This document shows, piece by piece, positions 41,179 through 50,544 of a DNA stretch of 64,000 bases. The stretch covers positions 1-64,000 of the IMG/VR virus record IMGVR_UViG_3300044846_001970; one strand, written 5' to 3'. This stretch comes from a virus. A program made the translations under genes and the position numbers. The notes beneath the pieces are model-generated. The model was not told the DNA's origin. It worked only from the letters and a program-made list of their open reading frames with translations, and searched no databases. Within the stretch, counting starts at the first letter, position 1, and each line of letters starts with the position of its first letter.

Positions 41179-44125
41179 AATTTCCACAATTGCAAGAACT
41201 TGCTGGTCTGTTACAACAACTAGATAATGGTTTACATATATAATTTGGATTTCTTAAAGAATCTAAATCAATAAGTTGTTTTTTAATTAACAAGTCATCT
41301 AGTTCTTCTGGACAACAGTTTGAAATACCATATCTTAATTCTAGTACTGATTTATAAAGTAATTCAGCTGACCTACATGTTATTTCTTCATACTTCCAAA
41401 TAGAACAAAATGGTGTGTTATATCCTGGTGTTAAAGATTTTAATGGGTATACTTTTGGTGGGCATACTCCATTGTCACAATTACCAAAGTATGTTGCATA
41501 ATATACAAAAGCAATACTACTAATAGTTCTAGGATTTAATACTGGGATACTTGATATAATTTGCCAATCTCCTTGAGGACAATCTAAATTATTTACTAAA
41601 CCTAAATTATAAAGCGGATTCCCACTTGCATCATATATTTCCCAAGTAGTTCCATTATAGGCTACTGTTTTATTTGTTCCATAATTATATATTTTTTTAC
41701 CATTTGCTAATACACCTGTAGCTATTGCTAATACTATTGTATCAACAGAACTTACTGTTTCAGTAAATATTAAAATATCACAGTCTTCTTCTGGAAGTAA
41801 CCACTTTATTAAACAAATTCTATCACTAGTTTCTCCTGGTTGTAAAGTAAGAGTTTGTGTATCACCATAGCAATCAACATAATCATAAGTATATTCTACT
41901 AAGTTTTGATTTTTAATAGTTGTACATATACAAGGAGCACTTGTTATACATGTAATACAATCTATATAATCACTAATAACTATAACAGATCCTGGATTTA
42001 TTGGTACTATTGCTAAAGCTACAGTCCAACACTCATCACAATTATTAAGTTTAACAGTAAGACCTACATATAAGCTAAGATCTGTATATGTATAAATTAT
42101 ATTTTGAGGATCATTACAATCAGTTAATCTATAGTATGGTCTTTCACATTCAAAGCAATTAATAAAAGAAGTAATAATTACAATGACTTGTGTTGAAGGA
42201 GGAACAAAATTAATAAGTTCAACTATAAAGCATCCACAATCAGTTAAAAGAGTTTGTCCTACATATGCTGATAAATCTTGATAAGTATATTGAATATCAT
42301 AAATTCCTGTACAACTAGTAAGTTTATATGCAACAACAGTTTTACAACTATCACAACCGTCAGTAGTAATTAAAATTATAACTTCTATTGGACAATCACA
42401 TTCATCTAAGGGTGATTCTTCTACTATCCAACATGTATCATATCCTGCAATTCTAATTATAGAACCATTTATTGCAGGTACTATGAGACCTGCAGTATTA
42501 CTATAAATAATATTTGTAGGATCTTCACAATCTGTAAGTTTAAAACATTTTTCTGGACAAACATTATCTATACAATCTCCTAATGCAGTTATAGTATAAT
42601 CATCACTTGTGTTTCCTGTAATAGGTAAAATCTGAGAACATAGTGTTATCCAAGGTGGTGTTGATGCTGGATCAATATTTATTAGCACACCATCTTGTAT
42701 ATATGTAATACCTTGAGCACCTTCTATATAATAACATATTGTATCACAATCACATACAGTTTCTGGATTAATTGTTACAACTATTGCACCTTCACAATTA
42801 GGATCTTCTAGTTCAACAACAAAAACACAACCAGTAAAAACATCTGAATTAGAAACAGATACAAAAGTATTTACATAATCTATTAATCCATTTGTATTAC
42901 TTATAAAAGGTGGAGTTACTCCATCACAAGGTATTAGTAAAAAACATGGACAAATAAGTTCAAACTTAGTTTCAATAGTACATAATGGAACTCCTTGACA
43001 TTCATCTAAAACAGATCCTTCTGGACATTCCCAAATACCTGGATCATTTGGATCAGGTACTTGTAATCCAAGCATATTAGCTGTTGAAAATAAAGTAAAT
43101 GGAACTAAATCTGCTGGGACATTACCACAGTTACCTGGACCAAGAGCTGGATTTAATAAAGTAGATTGAAAAGTTGCAAGATCTATATCATATATTTCTG
43201 CACCAAAAGCTTCTTTGTTATTAATTCCTCCAGGTAAATTTATACCACATAAAGTTATTGTATGTGTTCCTGCTGTTAATGTAATTGGAAAAACATGCCA
43301 TGAAGTAAATGGAACACTAACATTATCATTAGGTACATTAAGATATACTGTAAGTACATTATCTATATAAAGTTTTACTTTATTATCTCCTGCAATACCA
43401 ATTAGATATTGTTTTGTTTCTGTTGGTATTACACAAAAATCAAAACAAAGTTCTACATTTACAGGAAATCCTGGTGCCCAAATACCAACAGTATTTAATC
43501 TACCTCCTATAGTTCCTGTTGGACAAGGACCCCATGAACCCCACAAAGTACTCATTACTTGATTAGTAACAGGAATAACCGCTCCTAAACCATTATTATC
43601 TTTTACAGAATATAAAGCATTACTAGCTCCCATTCCAAGTACTGGAAGTATTGCTGTACTAATATCACTATAAAGTCTAATACCAGCAGCTGAATAACTA
43701 GTAACCTTGTCACCTGCTCCTACAGTTAATAATCCACCAGTATAAGTTGCTTCTACTTCAACAACCTGAATACATTCTCCATCTATTTCAGTAAATCCTG
43801 GAGGACATTCACATACTACAGGAGTTGTACAAGGAGTACATATTGGATCATCACAATCAAGTGCTTTATTTGTTTCTACAAGAAATATAATATTTGGAAC
43901 AATAGGATATGATATTGGTAGTTGAGTTGTTAGTTGTACAACAGTATAACAGTACCCTGGTTCTAATGATCCTCCTGTTCCTGGAAAAGGTGTAGTACCA
44001 ACATATTTATATGTTGTACCACTTACAATAGCTATTAGTCCAGAAAAAAATATATCTTCACCACCACAACATGGTGTAAATTTATAATATATACTTACAG
44101 TAATTGCATTTAATGGACCTGACAT
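41177..44125 (-). CDS. Very Cys-rich structural protein (hub/fibre) with PA14-like domain and YKLTxC repeats
   Basis: 982 aa. IGIAGDNKVKLYIDN...WHVFPITLTAGTHTITL (PA14/jelly-roll-like); repeats CFKLTDC, YKLTSC, YYRLTDC. Confidence 0.55.
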   Translation of the reverse strand: MSGPLNAITVSIYYKFTPCCGGEDIFFSGLIAIVSGTTYKYVGTTPFPGTGGSLEPGYCYTVVQLTTQLPISYPIVPNIIFLVETNKALDCDDPICTPCTTPVVCECPPGFTEIDGECIQVVEVEATYTGGLLTVGAGDKVTSYSAAGIRLYSDISTAILPVLGMGASNALYSVKDNNGLGAVIPVTNQVMSTLWGSWGPCPTGTIGGRLNTVGIWAPGFPVNVELCFDFCVIPTETKQYLIGIAGDNKVKLYIDNVLTVYLNVPNDNVSVPFTSWHVFPITLTAGTHTITLCGINLPGGINNKEAFGAEIYDIDLATFQSTLLNPALGPGNCGNVPADLVPFTLFSTANMLGLQVPDPNDPGIWECPEGSVLDECQGVPLCTIETKFELICPCFLLIPCDGVTPPFISNTNGLIDYVNTFVSVSNSDVFTGCVFVVELEDPNCEGAIVVTINPETVCDCDTICYYIEGAQGITYIQDGVLINIDPASTPPWITLCSQILPITGNTSDDYTITALGDCIDNVCPEKCFKLTDCEDPTNIIYSNTAGLIVPAINGSIIRIAGYDTCWIVEESPLDECDCPIEVIILITTDGCDSCKTVVAYKLTSCTGIYDIQYTYQDLSAYVGQTLLTDCGCFIVELINFVPPSTQVIVIITSFINCFECERPYYRLTDCNDPQNIIYTYTDLSLYVGLTVKLNNCDECWTVALAIVPINPGSVIVISDYIDCITCITSAPCICTTIKNQNLVEYTYDYVDCYGDTQTLTLQPGETSDRICLIKWLLPEEDCDILIFTETVSSVDTIVLAIATGVLANGKKIYNYGTNKTVAYNGTTWEIYDASGNPLYNLGLVNNLDCPQGDWQIISSIPVLNPRTISSIAFVYYATYFGNCDNGVCPPKVYPLKSLTPGYNTPFCSIWKYEEITCRSAELLYKSVLELRYGISNCCPEELDDLLIKKQLIDLDSLRNPNYICKPLSSCCNRPASSCNCGN

Positions 44126-44136
44126 ATTTGGTATTA

Positions 44137-44322
44137 TTATCTAGTAAATTTTCTTAAATTCTGATTTTGTATTTGTAATTTGGTTAAACCATCCCTTACA
44201 ATAGGTTGAGTTTTTTTATCTACAGTTGTAATACAACTAGTACATCCTACTAAGCCTGTTGATGAAGTTCTTTTCTGACATCCACAAGACATATTTTTTT
44301 TACAGTTTGGACATTGAGCCAT
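44137..44322 (-). CDS. Small Cys-rich hypothetical protein
   Basis: MAQCPNCKKNMSCGCQ...CTSC; fills the gap in a tightly packed operon and has an A-rich leader. Confidence 0.65.
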   Translation of the reverse strand: MAQCPNCKKNMSCGCQKRTSSTGLVGCTSCITTVDKKTQPIVRDGLTKLQIQNQNLRKFTR

Positions 44323-44343
44323 AAATTATTGGTTTTTAAATAT

Positions 44344-44886
44344 TTAACAATTAACACAATCCATTTTATTTAGAAGTTTCCAAGCATAATTGTAAAGTGA
44401 CATTCCTTTTTGAGGTTCATGACAAAATTCTACTTTACCTTTTGCTGCTTCTAAATACATTTTAATAAGTCCTAATTCTTGTAATTTTTGTTTAACTTTA
44501 AATGGAGGATCACAATCTGCTACATCCACTCTACAAAGAATATTATAATATCTATTTAAAGCTTGAGTAATTCTTAAATGATTATACTCTACATATACTA
44601 GATCATTAGGAGAAACACTATACTTAATTATGTAAATACCATCTGGTATGTCTACAAGTTGAGTTCCACAATTTGATGTTTGTAAGTTTAAATCACAGGC
44701 TGTTATATGATCAAGAAATCCTTGAGTAACATCTAGTTGTACTGAATAAGTAAATCCAGGAACAGTTATGTTTAAAGTTTCACAAACAACAGGTATAAGA
44801 TCAGTATAGATACTAGTATCCATTATAGTTAAGATACAAGTATTCATAACTGTAGGTACTTCTAAACTTAAGATATGATTAGACAT
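44344..44886 (-). CDS. Putative tail hub protein
   Basis: DIPDGIYIIKYSVSP motif with a helical Cys-containing C-terminus; follows the auxiliary capsid gene as in crAss-like phages. Confidence 0.5.
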   Translation of the reverse strand: MSNHILSLEVPTVMNTCILTIMDTSIYTDLIPVVCETLNITVPGFTYSVQLDVTQGFLDHITACDLNLQTSNCGTQLVDIPDGIYIIKYSVSPNDLVYVEYNHLRITQALNRYYNILCRVDVADCDPPFKVKQKLQELGLIKMYLEAAKGKVEFCHEPQKGMSLYNYAWKLLNKMDCVNC

Positions 44887-44898
44887 AGTGATATAAAT

Positions 44899-44939
44899 AA
44901 AAAATGGGGAAAGGAGTATGAAACTCTTCTCCCCATTTT
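44899..44939 (-). terminator. Rho-independent terminator
   Basis: AAAATGGGGAGAAGAGT-TTCAT-ACTCCTTTCCCCATTTT plus T-tract, downstream of the 549-aa gene. Confidence 0.8.
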
Positions 44940-44961
44940 AGTTAGTAATTAATCTATATTC

Positions 44962-46611
44962 TTAGTAACAAGCTACTACATTGTACGGGTTATAAACTGG
45001 TACAGCAGGGAAGTTAATTGGAACATTACAAACTGTAGAACAGCTATAAGTATCAATTTCACAAACTCCACAGTTAGATAACCAATCAGAAGTATCAGTT
45101 ACAAAAGTAGTAAGTGGTACTAAAGAGAATACCTCTAACAAATACTGATCAGAATCAAATGTACCAGAAGGATTATAATTCCTTGGAACATTATGTTGTA
45201 ACATATATCTGTAGTATAATGCAGAACGGTCAATTGAACTAATAATTTGGTTTCCTTGAGTAATCTCACGGATCCTTAAATCAGTTGCTAAGAAGTTTTG
45301 TCTGTAAGATTCTGACATAGTCAAATCTCTTACTACAGTTTCTCCTAAACCTTGAACTTGAAGACCTTGACATTCTGTTACTACACAAAGAGTAGTAAAT
45401 GCACATGGGTCACCATTATAATCTACTTCAGAAGCATATAATCTAACTGCCTCTTTTTCATAGAAATCAGAAAGTTGGAAAGTACAATCTCCAAATTTAG
45501 TATCTACATAAGCACCATTTATAATTAAACCTGCACAATCACCAGCAGTATGTCCTGGAGATACATAGTTATCCCAAGTATCAGCACCATTTGCAGCTAA
45601 GAAAGCAGCAGATGTTCCTGGAGCATACCAAAGTGATCCATCTTCAGCTTGTACAACAATCTGTACAAAAGGACCTACAATTGGATTAGTTGTTAAACCA
45701 TTTGCCCATAAAATCATTACTTCAGTTGAGTCAACTGCAGTAGGAGCAATAGTACCAGCTGGACAACATCCAGTATAAGCATCTTGTGTTGTATATGCAT
45801 TGTGATCTAAGAATCTTAATGCAGGAGAACCTTTTACATCTAAACGTAAAGAGTAAGTCTCACCACATAAATATTCTTTACAACAGTCTGGAGAAATTCC
45901 ACATCCTGTTTGAGCATGAGGTTGAGTTGTTATAAATGCAGATATTACAGCATCATTACCACCACCTACTAAAGTTAATAAATCACCAAAAGTATATCCT
46001 TTTCCTGGATTTTCAACAGTAACTGTTAAAACATTACCAGCACCATCAGCAGTAAAAGAAACAACTAATCCAGTACCTGTACCACCAGTTACAGTAGTAA
46101 CACCTGAAAGAGCATAACCTGAACCATTAACTGAAATAATAACAGCTGTTACACCACCACCTGCAGTCCAATATGTAGAACCTACATGGATTACATTGTT
46201 TTGTGGAGCACATGGAGCAACTGAATAAAAACGAGATACATACTTAGGGTTAACCATTTTAGACTTGTTAGTCTCTTGGTAACCACCAGCTAAAGGTCCA
46301 ATCTTGTCATTAGAATAAATTGCAGAACCTGCAAGATATGCATTACAACAAACTGGAGTTGAAGGAGCAATATCAATAGATAAATTGCTTTTTGGATCAA
46401 ACCATCCAATATATCCATCAGTAGTAGCAGTTGTAGTACCTTGAGCAGATAATTGATTAAGTCCATAAGTTGGAATACCAACTGATGTTAAGTATCCTTC
46501 AGATGTTGTCGCAGCAACAGTAGTTCCATCAGGAAGTGTAATAAGAGTACCAGCTTGGGTTGCCCCAGTAGCTAGAAAGCTTTTCTTGAAAGCATGATTA
46601 AAATAAGCCAT
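44962..46611 (-). CDS. Putative auxiliary capsid/decoration protein
   Basis: Bracketed by its own promoter-like motif and terminator, suggesting high expression. CGETYSLRLDVKG motif; internal GSGY...GGTGTG...NPGKGYT beta insert. Confidence 0.55.
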   Translation of the reverse strand: MAYFNHAFKKSFLATGATQAGTLITLPDGTTVAATTSEGYLTSVGIPTYGLNQLSAQGTTTATTDGYIGWFDPKSNLSIDIAPSTPVCCNAYLAGSAIYSNDKIGPLAGGYQETNKSKMVNPKYVSRFYSVAPCAPQNNVIHVGSTYWTAGGGVTAVIISVNGSGYALSGVTTVTGGTGTGLVVSFTADGAGNVLTVTVENPGKGYTFGDLLTLVGGGNDAVISAFITTQPHAQTGCGISPDCCKEYLCGETYSLRLDVKGSPALRFLDHNAYTTQDAYTGCCPAGTIAPTAVDSTEVMILWANGLTTNPIVGPFVQIVVQAEDGSLWYAPGTSAAFLAANGADTWDNYVSPGHTAGDCAGLIINGAYVDTKFGDCTFQLSDFYEKEAVRLYASEVDYNGDPCAFTTLCVVTECQGLQVQGLGETVVRDLTMSESYRQNFLATDLRIREITQGNQIISSIDRSALYYRYMLQHNVPRNYNPSGTFDSDQYLLEVFSLVPLTTFVTDTSDWLSNCGVCEIDTYSCSTVCNVPINFPAVPVYNPYNVVACY

Positions 46612-46637
46612 TTTGTTTTTTGTTTTTAGTTAATAAT

Positions 46638-46661
46638 ATAATATACTATAATATAGTAAAA
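46638..46661 (-). promoter_or_regulatory. Putative phage promoter motif, tandem (TTTTACTATATTATAGTATATTAT)
   Basis: Upstream of the auxiliary capsid gene, with TTTG further upstream. Confidence 0.55.
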
Positions 46662-46679
46662 GTTTTTGATATAACAAAA

Positions 46680-47132
46680 TTATTTCAAGAACTTTAATTT
46701 ATATTTAGCTGAGTTTAAAGTATCCTTAACTGTATCAAGACTATTTACAAGTTCTGTATAAGGCATTTTTGCTTGAAGTGCATTTACCATGTTAGTTAAA
46801 TCTCTAAGGTATACTAATGCATCTTCTACAGTATCTAAGGTTCTTGCACCTACTTCAGAATATGTAAGTAACTTTTCAGAGGCACCTTGATATCCTTCTG
46901 CAAGGTCATCAGCATGTCCTGGCATTGCATCATACAATTCATTCAATGCTTTGTGTGCAGCATAAGATCCCATACCTGTTATCTTAAGATGTAATTTATG
47001 AAAGCTTGTTCCAGCATTCATTAACTCTGATATACATGCTGCAGTCATTGTATCACAATTGCCACCTGCAGGTGCGCTTGAGTATGAAGCAGTAGCTGCA
47101 GCATCTCTTTTTAACATTCTAGGTTTGTCCAT
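46680..47132 (-). CDS. Phage Dps/ferritin-like protein (DUF5856-like)
   Basis: FHKLHLKITGMGSYAAHKALNELYD...DDLAEGYQG...KYKLKFL, a ferritin-like four-helix pattern with His/Glu ligands. Confidence 0.75.
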   Translation of the reverse strand: MDKPRMLKRDAAATASYSSAPAGGNCDTMTAACISELMNAGTSFHKLHLKITGMGSYAAHKALNELYDAMPGHADDLAEGYQGASEKLLTYSEVGARTLDTVEDALVYLRDLTNMVNALQAKMPYTELVNSLDTVKDTLNSAKYKLKFLK

Positions 47133-47146
47133 TATTTTTTTATTTT

Positions 47147-47845
47147 TTAGTTATTTCTTTCAGCTCCTTCTGTACCTCTACCAAACTGACTAGTGGATTC
47201 AATATCTCCTGCTAAAATACTAACAGTTTCATCTATTAATAATTCTATTATATCATCTTTAAATTCACATTCTATATTTACAGGAGATTGTAAAGTTGTA
47301 TAAGGATCAACACATCCTTGTATTTGTATTTTTCTTGGTTGTCTGTAATATATTAAATCTGAAGATTCTATATTAAATTCTCCATTAGTGTATATATTAA
47401 CTTGATTATCTATTAAAGTAGCAAAGGTTTCAGCCCATTCAAAACTTGGTTTTTTTGAATCATCTCTTAAAAGTAAATTTAAGTTTGCTTCTTCAACAAA
47501 ATATACAACCATTCTTCTTTTATTACAACAATCTTTTTGAGCAAATACATCTACTCTTTTCCATTGTAAATATTCTTCTGGTAATGGGGAACCATAAAAT
47601 ATATCATCTTCATTTAATGTAAGTGGTATAGTTTTAAGAAGAACTTGTAAATCATCTTTTCTTCTAGTAGATTGTTCATCACCTTCTTTAACTACATTAA
47701 TACCATGTAACTGTCTTCTAGACCATTCTACTTGAGCTTTATTAAATGCTTCAACAATTTGCCAGCACTCTATATTATCAAAGTCTTGAGAATCAAGCTT
47801 ATTGATCCTTTGTTTTATCTTTATAGTAATGGTGCTATTTAACAT
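47147..47845 (-). CDS. Tail ring/neck protein (crAss-like)
   Basis: NKLDSQ...FNKAQ...YYRQPRKI...CEFKDDIIELLIDETV pattern of crAss-like ring proteins. Confidence 0.65.
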   Translation of the reverse strand: MLNSTITIKIKQRINKLDSQDFDNIECWQIVEAFNKAQVEWSRRQLHGINVVKEGDEQSTRRKDDLQVLLKTIPLTLNEDDIFYGSPLPEEYLQWKRVDVFAQKDCCNKRRMVVYFVEEANLNLLLRDDSKKPSFEWAETFATLIDNQVNIYTNGEFNIESSDLIYYRQPRKIQIQGCVDPYTTLQSPVNIECEFKDDIIELLIDETVSILAGDIESTSQFGRGTEGAERNN

Positions 47846-47848
47846 TTG

Positions 47849-48628
47849 TTATTTTTTTTTACTTGCATTTTTTTTAACTCCACTAATTCTATTAACAACA
47901 GTAGTTTTAGTTATCCCACCCATTTTTTGATAAGTTCCAGGTTGGTTTTCAATTTTTTTTGCTAATCTATTTGCTTGTCTTGTAGCTGCATTACCTGAAA
48001 TAGTTTTTGTTTTTTTAATTTCATCATCTCCCCAACGTTTTTCTGGACTTGCATTTTGTGCTCTATTAGCACTAACTTTTTTATATGTTGTTTTAGTATA
48101 AGTTTTACCTGCATTAGATGTATCAAATTTAATTGATTTATCTCCTATTTTTGAAACAGTACTAGTAGGATCTCCTTTAAATTTATTATATTTTTTATTT
48201 CTTGGATCTGTTTCACCACCCTCATCATATTTCTTTTTTACAGAACCACCCTTTTTCTGATAAGCAGCACTTCTAGCTTGCATAGTTCCAGAAGAATTAT
48301 ATTGACCTTTGTCCATATTATTCATTCTTTGTGTATCATCTCCCATAGCATCAATAGGATTAATCCCTGTAGGTCTAGAGCTATTCATTACAGGTGTTGG
48401 ATTAGCATATGGGATAGGAGGAATTGCAGGATCATTTTGAGGAGAAGCAAATGCAGCGTTTGCAGCTTGCTCTTGAGTCATAGGACCAACTTGACTACCT
48501 GTTACATCTCCTTGAAATCTTTTCAATGATTTCTTATACTTAGACATTTCTCCACCAGCTTTTTTATAAGCCATATCTTTATTATCATTAAAAAATTTAA
48601 GTGGATTTGAAGTATTAGTCTTTTTCAT
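47849..48628 (-). CDS. Lys-rich hypothetical protein with GG motifs
   Basis: KKAGG, QKKGG, YDEGG, QKMGG; tightly packed in the operon. Confidence 0.7.
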   Translation of the reverse strand: MKKTNTSNPLKFFNDNKDMAYKKAGGEMSKYKKSLKRFQGDVTGSQVGPMTQEQAANAAFASPQNDPAIPPIPYANPTPVMNSSRPTGINPIDAMGDDTQRMNNMDKGQYNSSGTMQARSAAYQKKGGSVKKKYDEGGETDPRNKKYNKFKGDPTSTVSKIGDKSIKFDTSNAGKTYTKTTYKKVSANRAQNASPEKRWGDDEIKKTKTISGNAATRQANRLAKKIENQPGTYQKMGGITKTTVVNRISGVKKNASKKK

Positions 48629-48630
48629 AG

Positions 48631-48969
48631 TTATTTCTTTTTTGCTATTTTTTTTATAGAACCACCTTTTTTCATTTTAGAATTAAATTGCATCCCTTTA
48701 TAATTAGGACTTTTAGGATCATGTGCATCAATCCATTCTTTTACACCTGAAGATCTTGGATTTATTTTTGTATCTTTTGATGACCTAGAAATTACATTAC
48801 CATTTTTATTAGTTCTAGTTTTTTCAACATGTTTACCACCTCCAGGCATTTTAAAAACCTCTTTAGTTACTTGACTACCAAACAAACCAGATCTTTCAAT
48901 AAGTTTTCCTTGAACTTCTTTTCCATCAAACTCTTTAGATATTGATGAAACTTTTCTACTTTTTGCCAT
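48631..48969 (-). CDS. Small basic hypothetical protein with GG motif
   Basis: C-terminal MKKGGSIKKIAKKK. Confidence 0.7.
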   Translation of the reverse strand: MAKSRKVSSISKEFDGKEVQGKLIERSGLFGSQVTKEVFKMPGGGKHVEKTRTNKNGNVISRSSKDTKINPRSSGVKEWIDAHDPKSPNYKGMQFNSKMKKGGSIKKIAKKK

Positions 48970-48971
48970 AG

Positions 48972-49328
48972 TTATTTATTTTTTGCCATTGCTTTAAATG
49001 TCCGAGCTAAAGCTTTTCTCTTTGGTGTGCATGTAGGTTTAGACATGGGAGTACAGAAACCTTTGTGTTTAGGGTTAACTGCTTTCTGTATCCATTTCTT
49101 ATCAGTAGCTCCACCTTTTTTTACCTGATATAATTTAGGTTCTGCTTTAGGTTCTTCTTTTATAATAGATGGTTTGTTAACTCCCCGAAAAACTCCTTTT
49201 AAAGTTCTTGTTTCTTTAACTTTTTCATCTTCACCATACTTTTTAGTAATTTTAGTTTTATAATTACCATCTGGAGAATAATACTTTAACTTGGCTTCTT
49301 TTGGATTTTTAGGTTTCTTAGTAGCCAC
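48972..49328 (-). CDS. Small basic hypothetical protein with GG motif
   Basis: VKKGG followed by the KKWIQKAV...KG...ALARTF module. Confidence 0.7.
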   Translation of the reverse strand: MATKKPKNPKEAKLKYYSPDGNYKTKITKKYGEDEKVKETRTLKGVFRGVNKPSIIKEEPKAEPKLYQVKKGGATDKKWIQKAVNPKHKGFCTPMSKPTCTPKRKALARTFKAMAKNK

Positions 49329-49330
49329 TA

Positions 49331-49564
49331 TTATTTCTTTTTAGCTTTTTTCTTAATAGCAGTAATAATATCAGCTCTTGTAATTTTGTTCTTAGGTGCG
49401 GCCATTCCAGCTAATTTTGCTTTTGCAGCACCACCTAATTTCATCATACCAGTCTTACCATCTGTAGCACCAGCTCCAATAGCATAAGGAATACCAGCAG
49501 CAAAACTACCACCATTAGCCATTTTAACTTTACCACCACATTTTGCACACATTAACTTTGCCAT
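49331..49564 (-). CDS. Small basic hypothetical protein with GG motifs
   Basis: CAKCGG, MANGG, MKLGG, then PKNKITRADII. Confidence 0.7.
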   Translation of the reverse strand: MAKLMCAKCGGKVKMANGGSFAAGIPYAIGAGATDGKTGMMKLGGAAKAKLAGMAAPKNKITRADIITAIKKKAKKK

Positions 49565-49576
49565 AATTTCTATATT

Positions 49577-49810
49577 TTAATTACCTTTAGTAAAATTGTT
49601 TAATACATTAACTTGTTCTTGAGCTAATTTTTTAACATCAGCCATCATCTTAGTGTTCTTTCTAATCTCATCAGCTCTTTTTAAAGTGCTTAATGCAGAT
49701 TCAACTTCCCACTTTTTCATGTCAGCTTTATTACCACCCATAATAGAAAGTCCTATTGAAGATTTCTTAGCAGGTGTTTTCTTAACAGTAGTTGTTTTTC
49801 TAATTGCCAT
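49577..49810 (-). CDS. Small basic hypothetical protein
   Basis: IMGG, then the helix WEVESALSTLKRADEIRK. Confidence 0.7.
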   Translation of the reverse strand: MAIRKTTTVKKTPAKKSSIGLSIMGGNKADMKKWEVESALSTLKRADEIRKNTKMMADVKKLAQEQVNVLNNFTKGN

Positions 49811-49812
49811 GA

Positions 49813-50517
49813 TTATTTCTTTTTAGTTGCTCCACCCATTTTTCTAACAGGTCGTGCTTTACCTGCACCTTTAAGACTTTTAAATCCAATAGGACTAGAT
49901 GCTTGATCTTTACCAAATTTAACATAACTACCTTTATTATCACCAGTACCTGGTGCATCTGTACTTGGATATTTATAATCCATCATTCCTTTACCTTTAG
50001 CTACTTTTCTAGCAGCAGCTCTTGCTGTAATAGGAATACCTCCACCTGTATTAGCTTTTTTAAGTGTACTACCACCCATTTTCATTTTAGTTTTCATAGT
50101 TCCTCCAGTTTTCATTTTAGTTTTTATAGCTCCACCTTTCTTTTTTTCTTCTTTTTTAACAAGATTTTTTATTCCTTCTGCAACACCAACAGCACTACTA
50201 AGACCTGTAAGAATTGCAGTTGCAACTTTTGCACCTTTACCTTCTTTACCTGCTTTTAAATCTGCAACTTTTATATTTCTTTTAATACCTTTTTTTTCTT
50301 TTTTAAATTCTCTATTAGAAAGACCAGCTACTCTTTTTTGTTCAGCTGCAGCAGCTGCTTCTTTTTCTTTTGCAATTCTTTCAGCTTTTTCTTCAGCTGT
50401 TTCAGTAACTTTTGTTGTAGTAGTAGTATTTGGTTTAGCAGGAAGTAATTGTTTACAACCACCTTTACCATCAGAAACTTGTCCTTGAGGACATCCTTTT
50501 GTTGTTTTTGTTGCCAT
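49813..50517 (-). CDS. Lys-rich protein with tandem GG motifs and Cys hairpin
   Basis: CPQGQVSDGKGGC; KKKGG-MKTGG-MKMGG-ANTGG in tandem; RKMGG. Confidence 0.7.
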   Translation of the reverse strand: MATKTTKGCPQGQVSDGKGGCKQLLPAKPNTTTTTKVTETAEEKAERIAKEKEAAAAAEQKRVAGLSNREFKKEKKGIKRNIKVADLKAGKEGKGAKVATAILTGLSSAVGVAEGIKNLVKKEEKKKGGAIKTKMKTGGTMKTKMKMGGSTLKKANTGGGIPITARAAARKVAKGKGMMDYKYPSTDAPGTGDNKGSYVKFGKDQASSPIGFKSLKGAGKARPVRKMGGATKKK

Positions 50518-50544
50518 CTTATTTAATTTTTTATAATTTATACT

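Noticed and set aside
47849-50517. Bacteriocin cluster with double-glycine leaders
   Set aside because: No C39 peptidase/ABC exporter or immunity genes are present, GG motifs are often internal or C-terminal, and the context is a phage structural operon.
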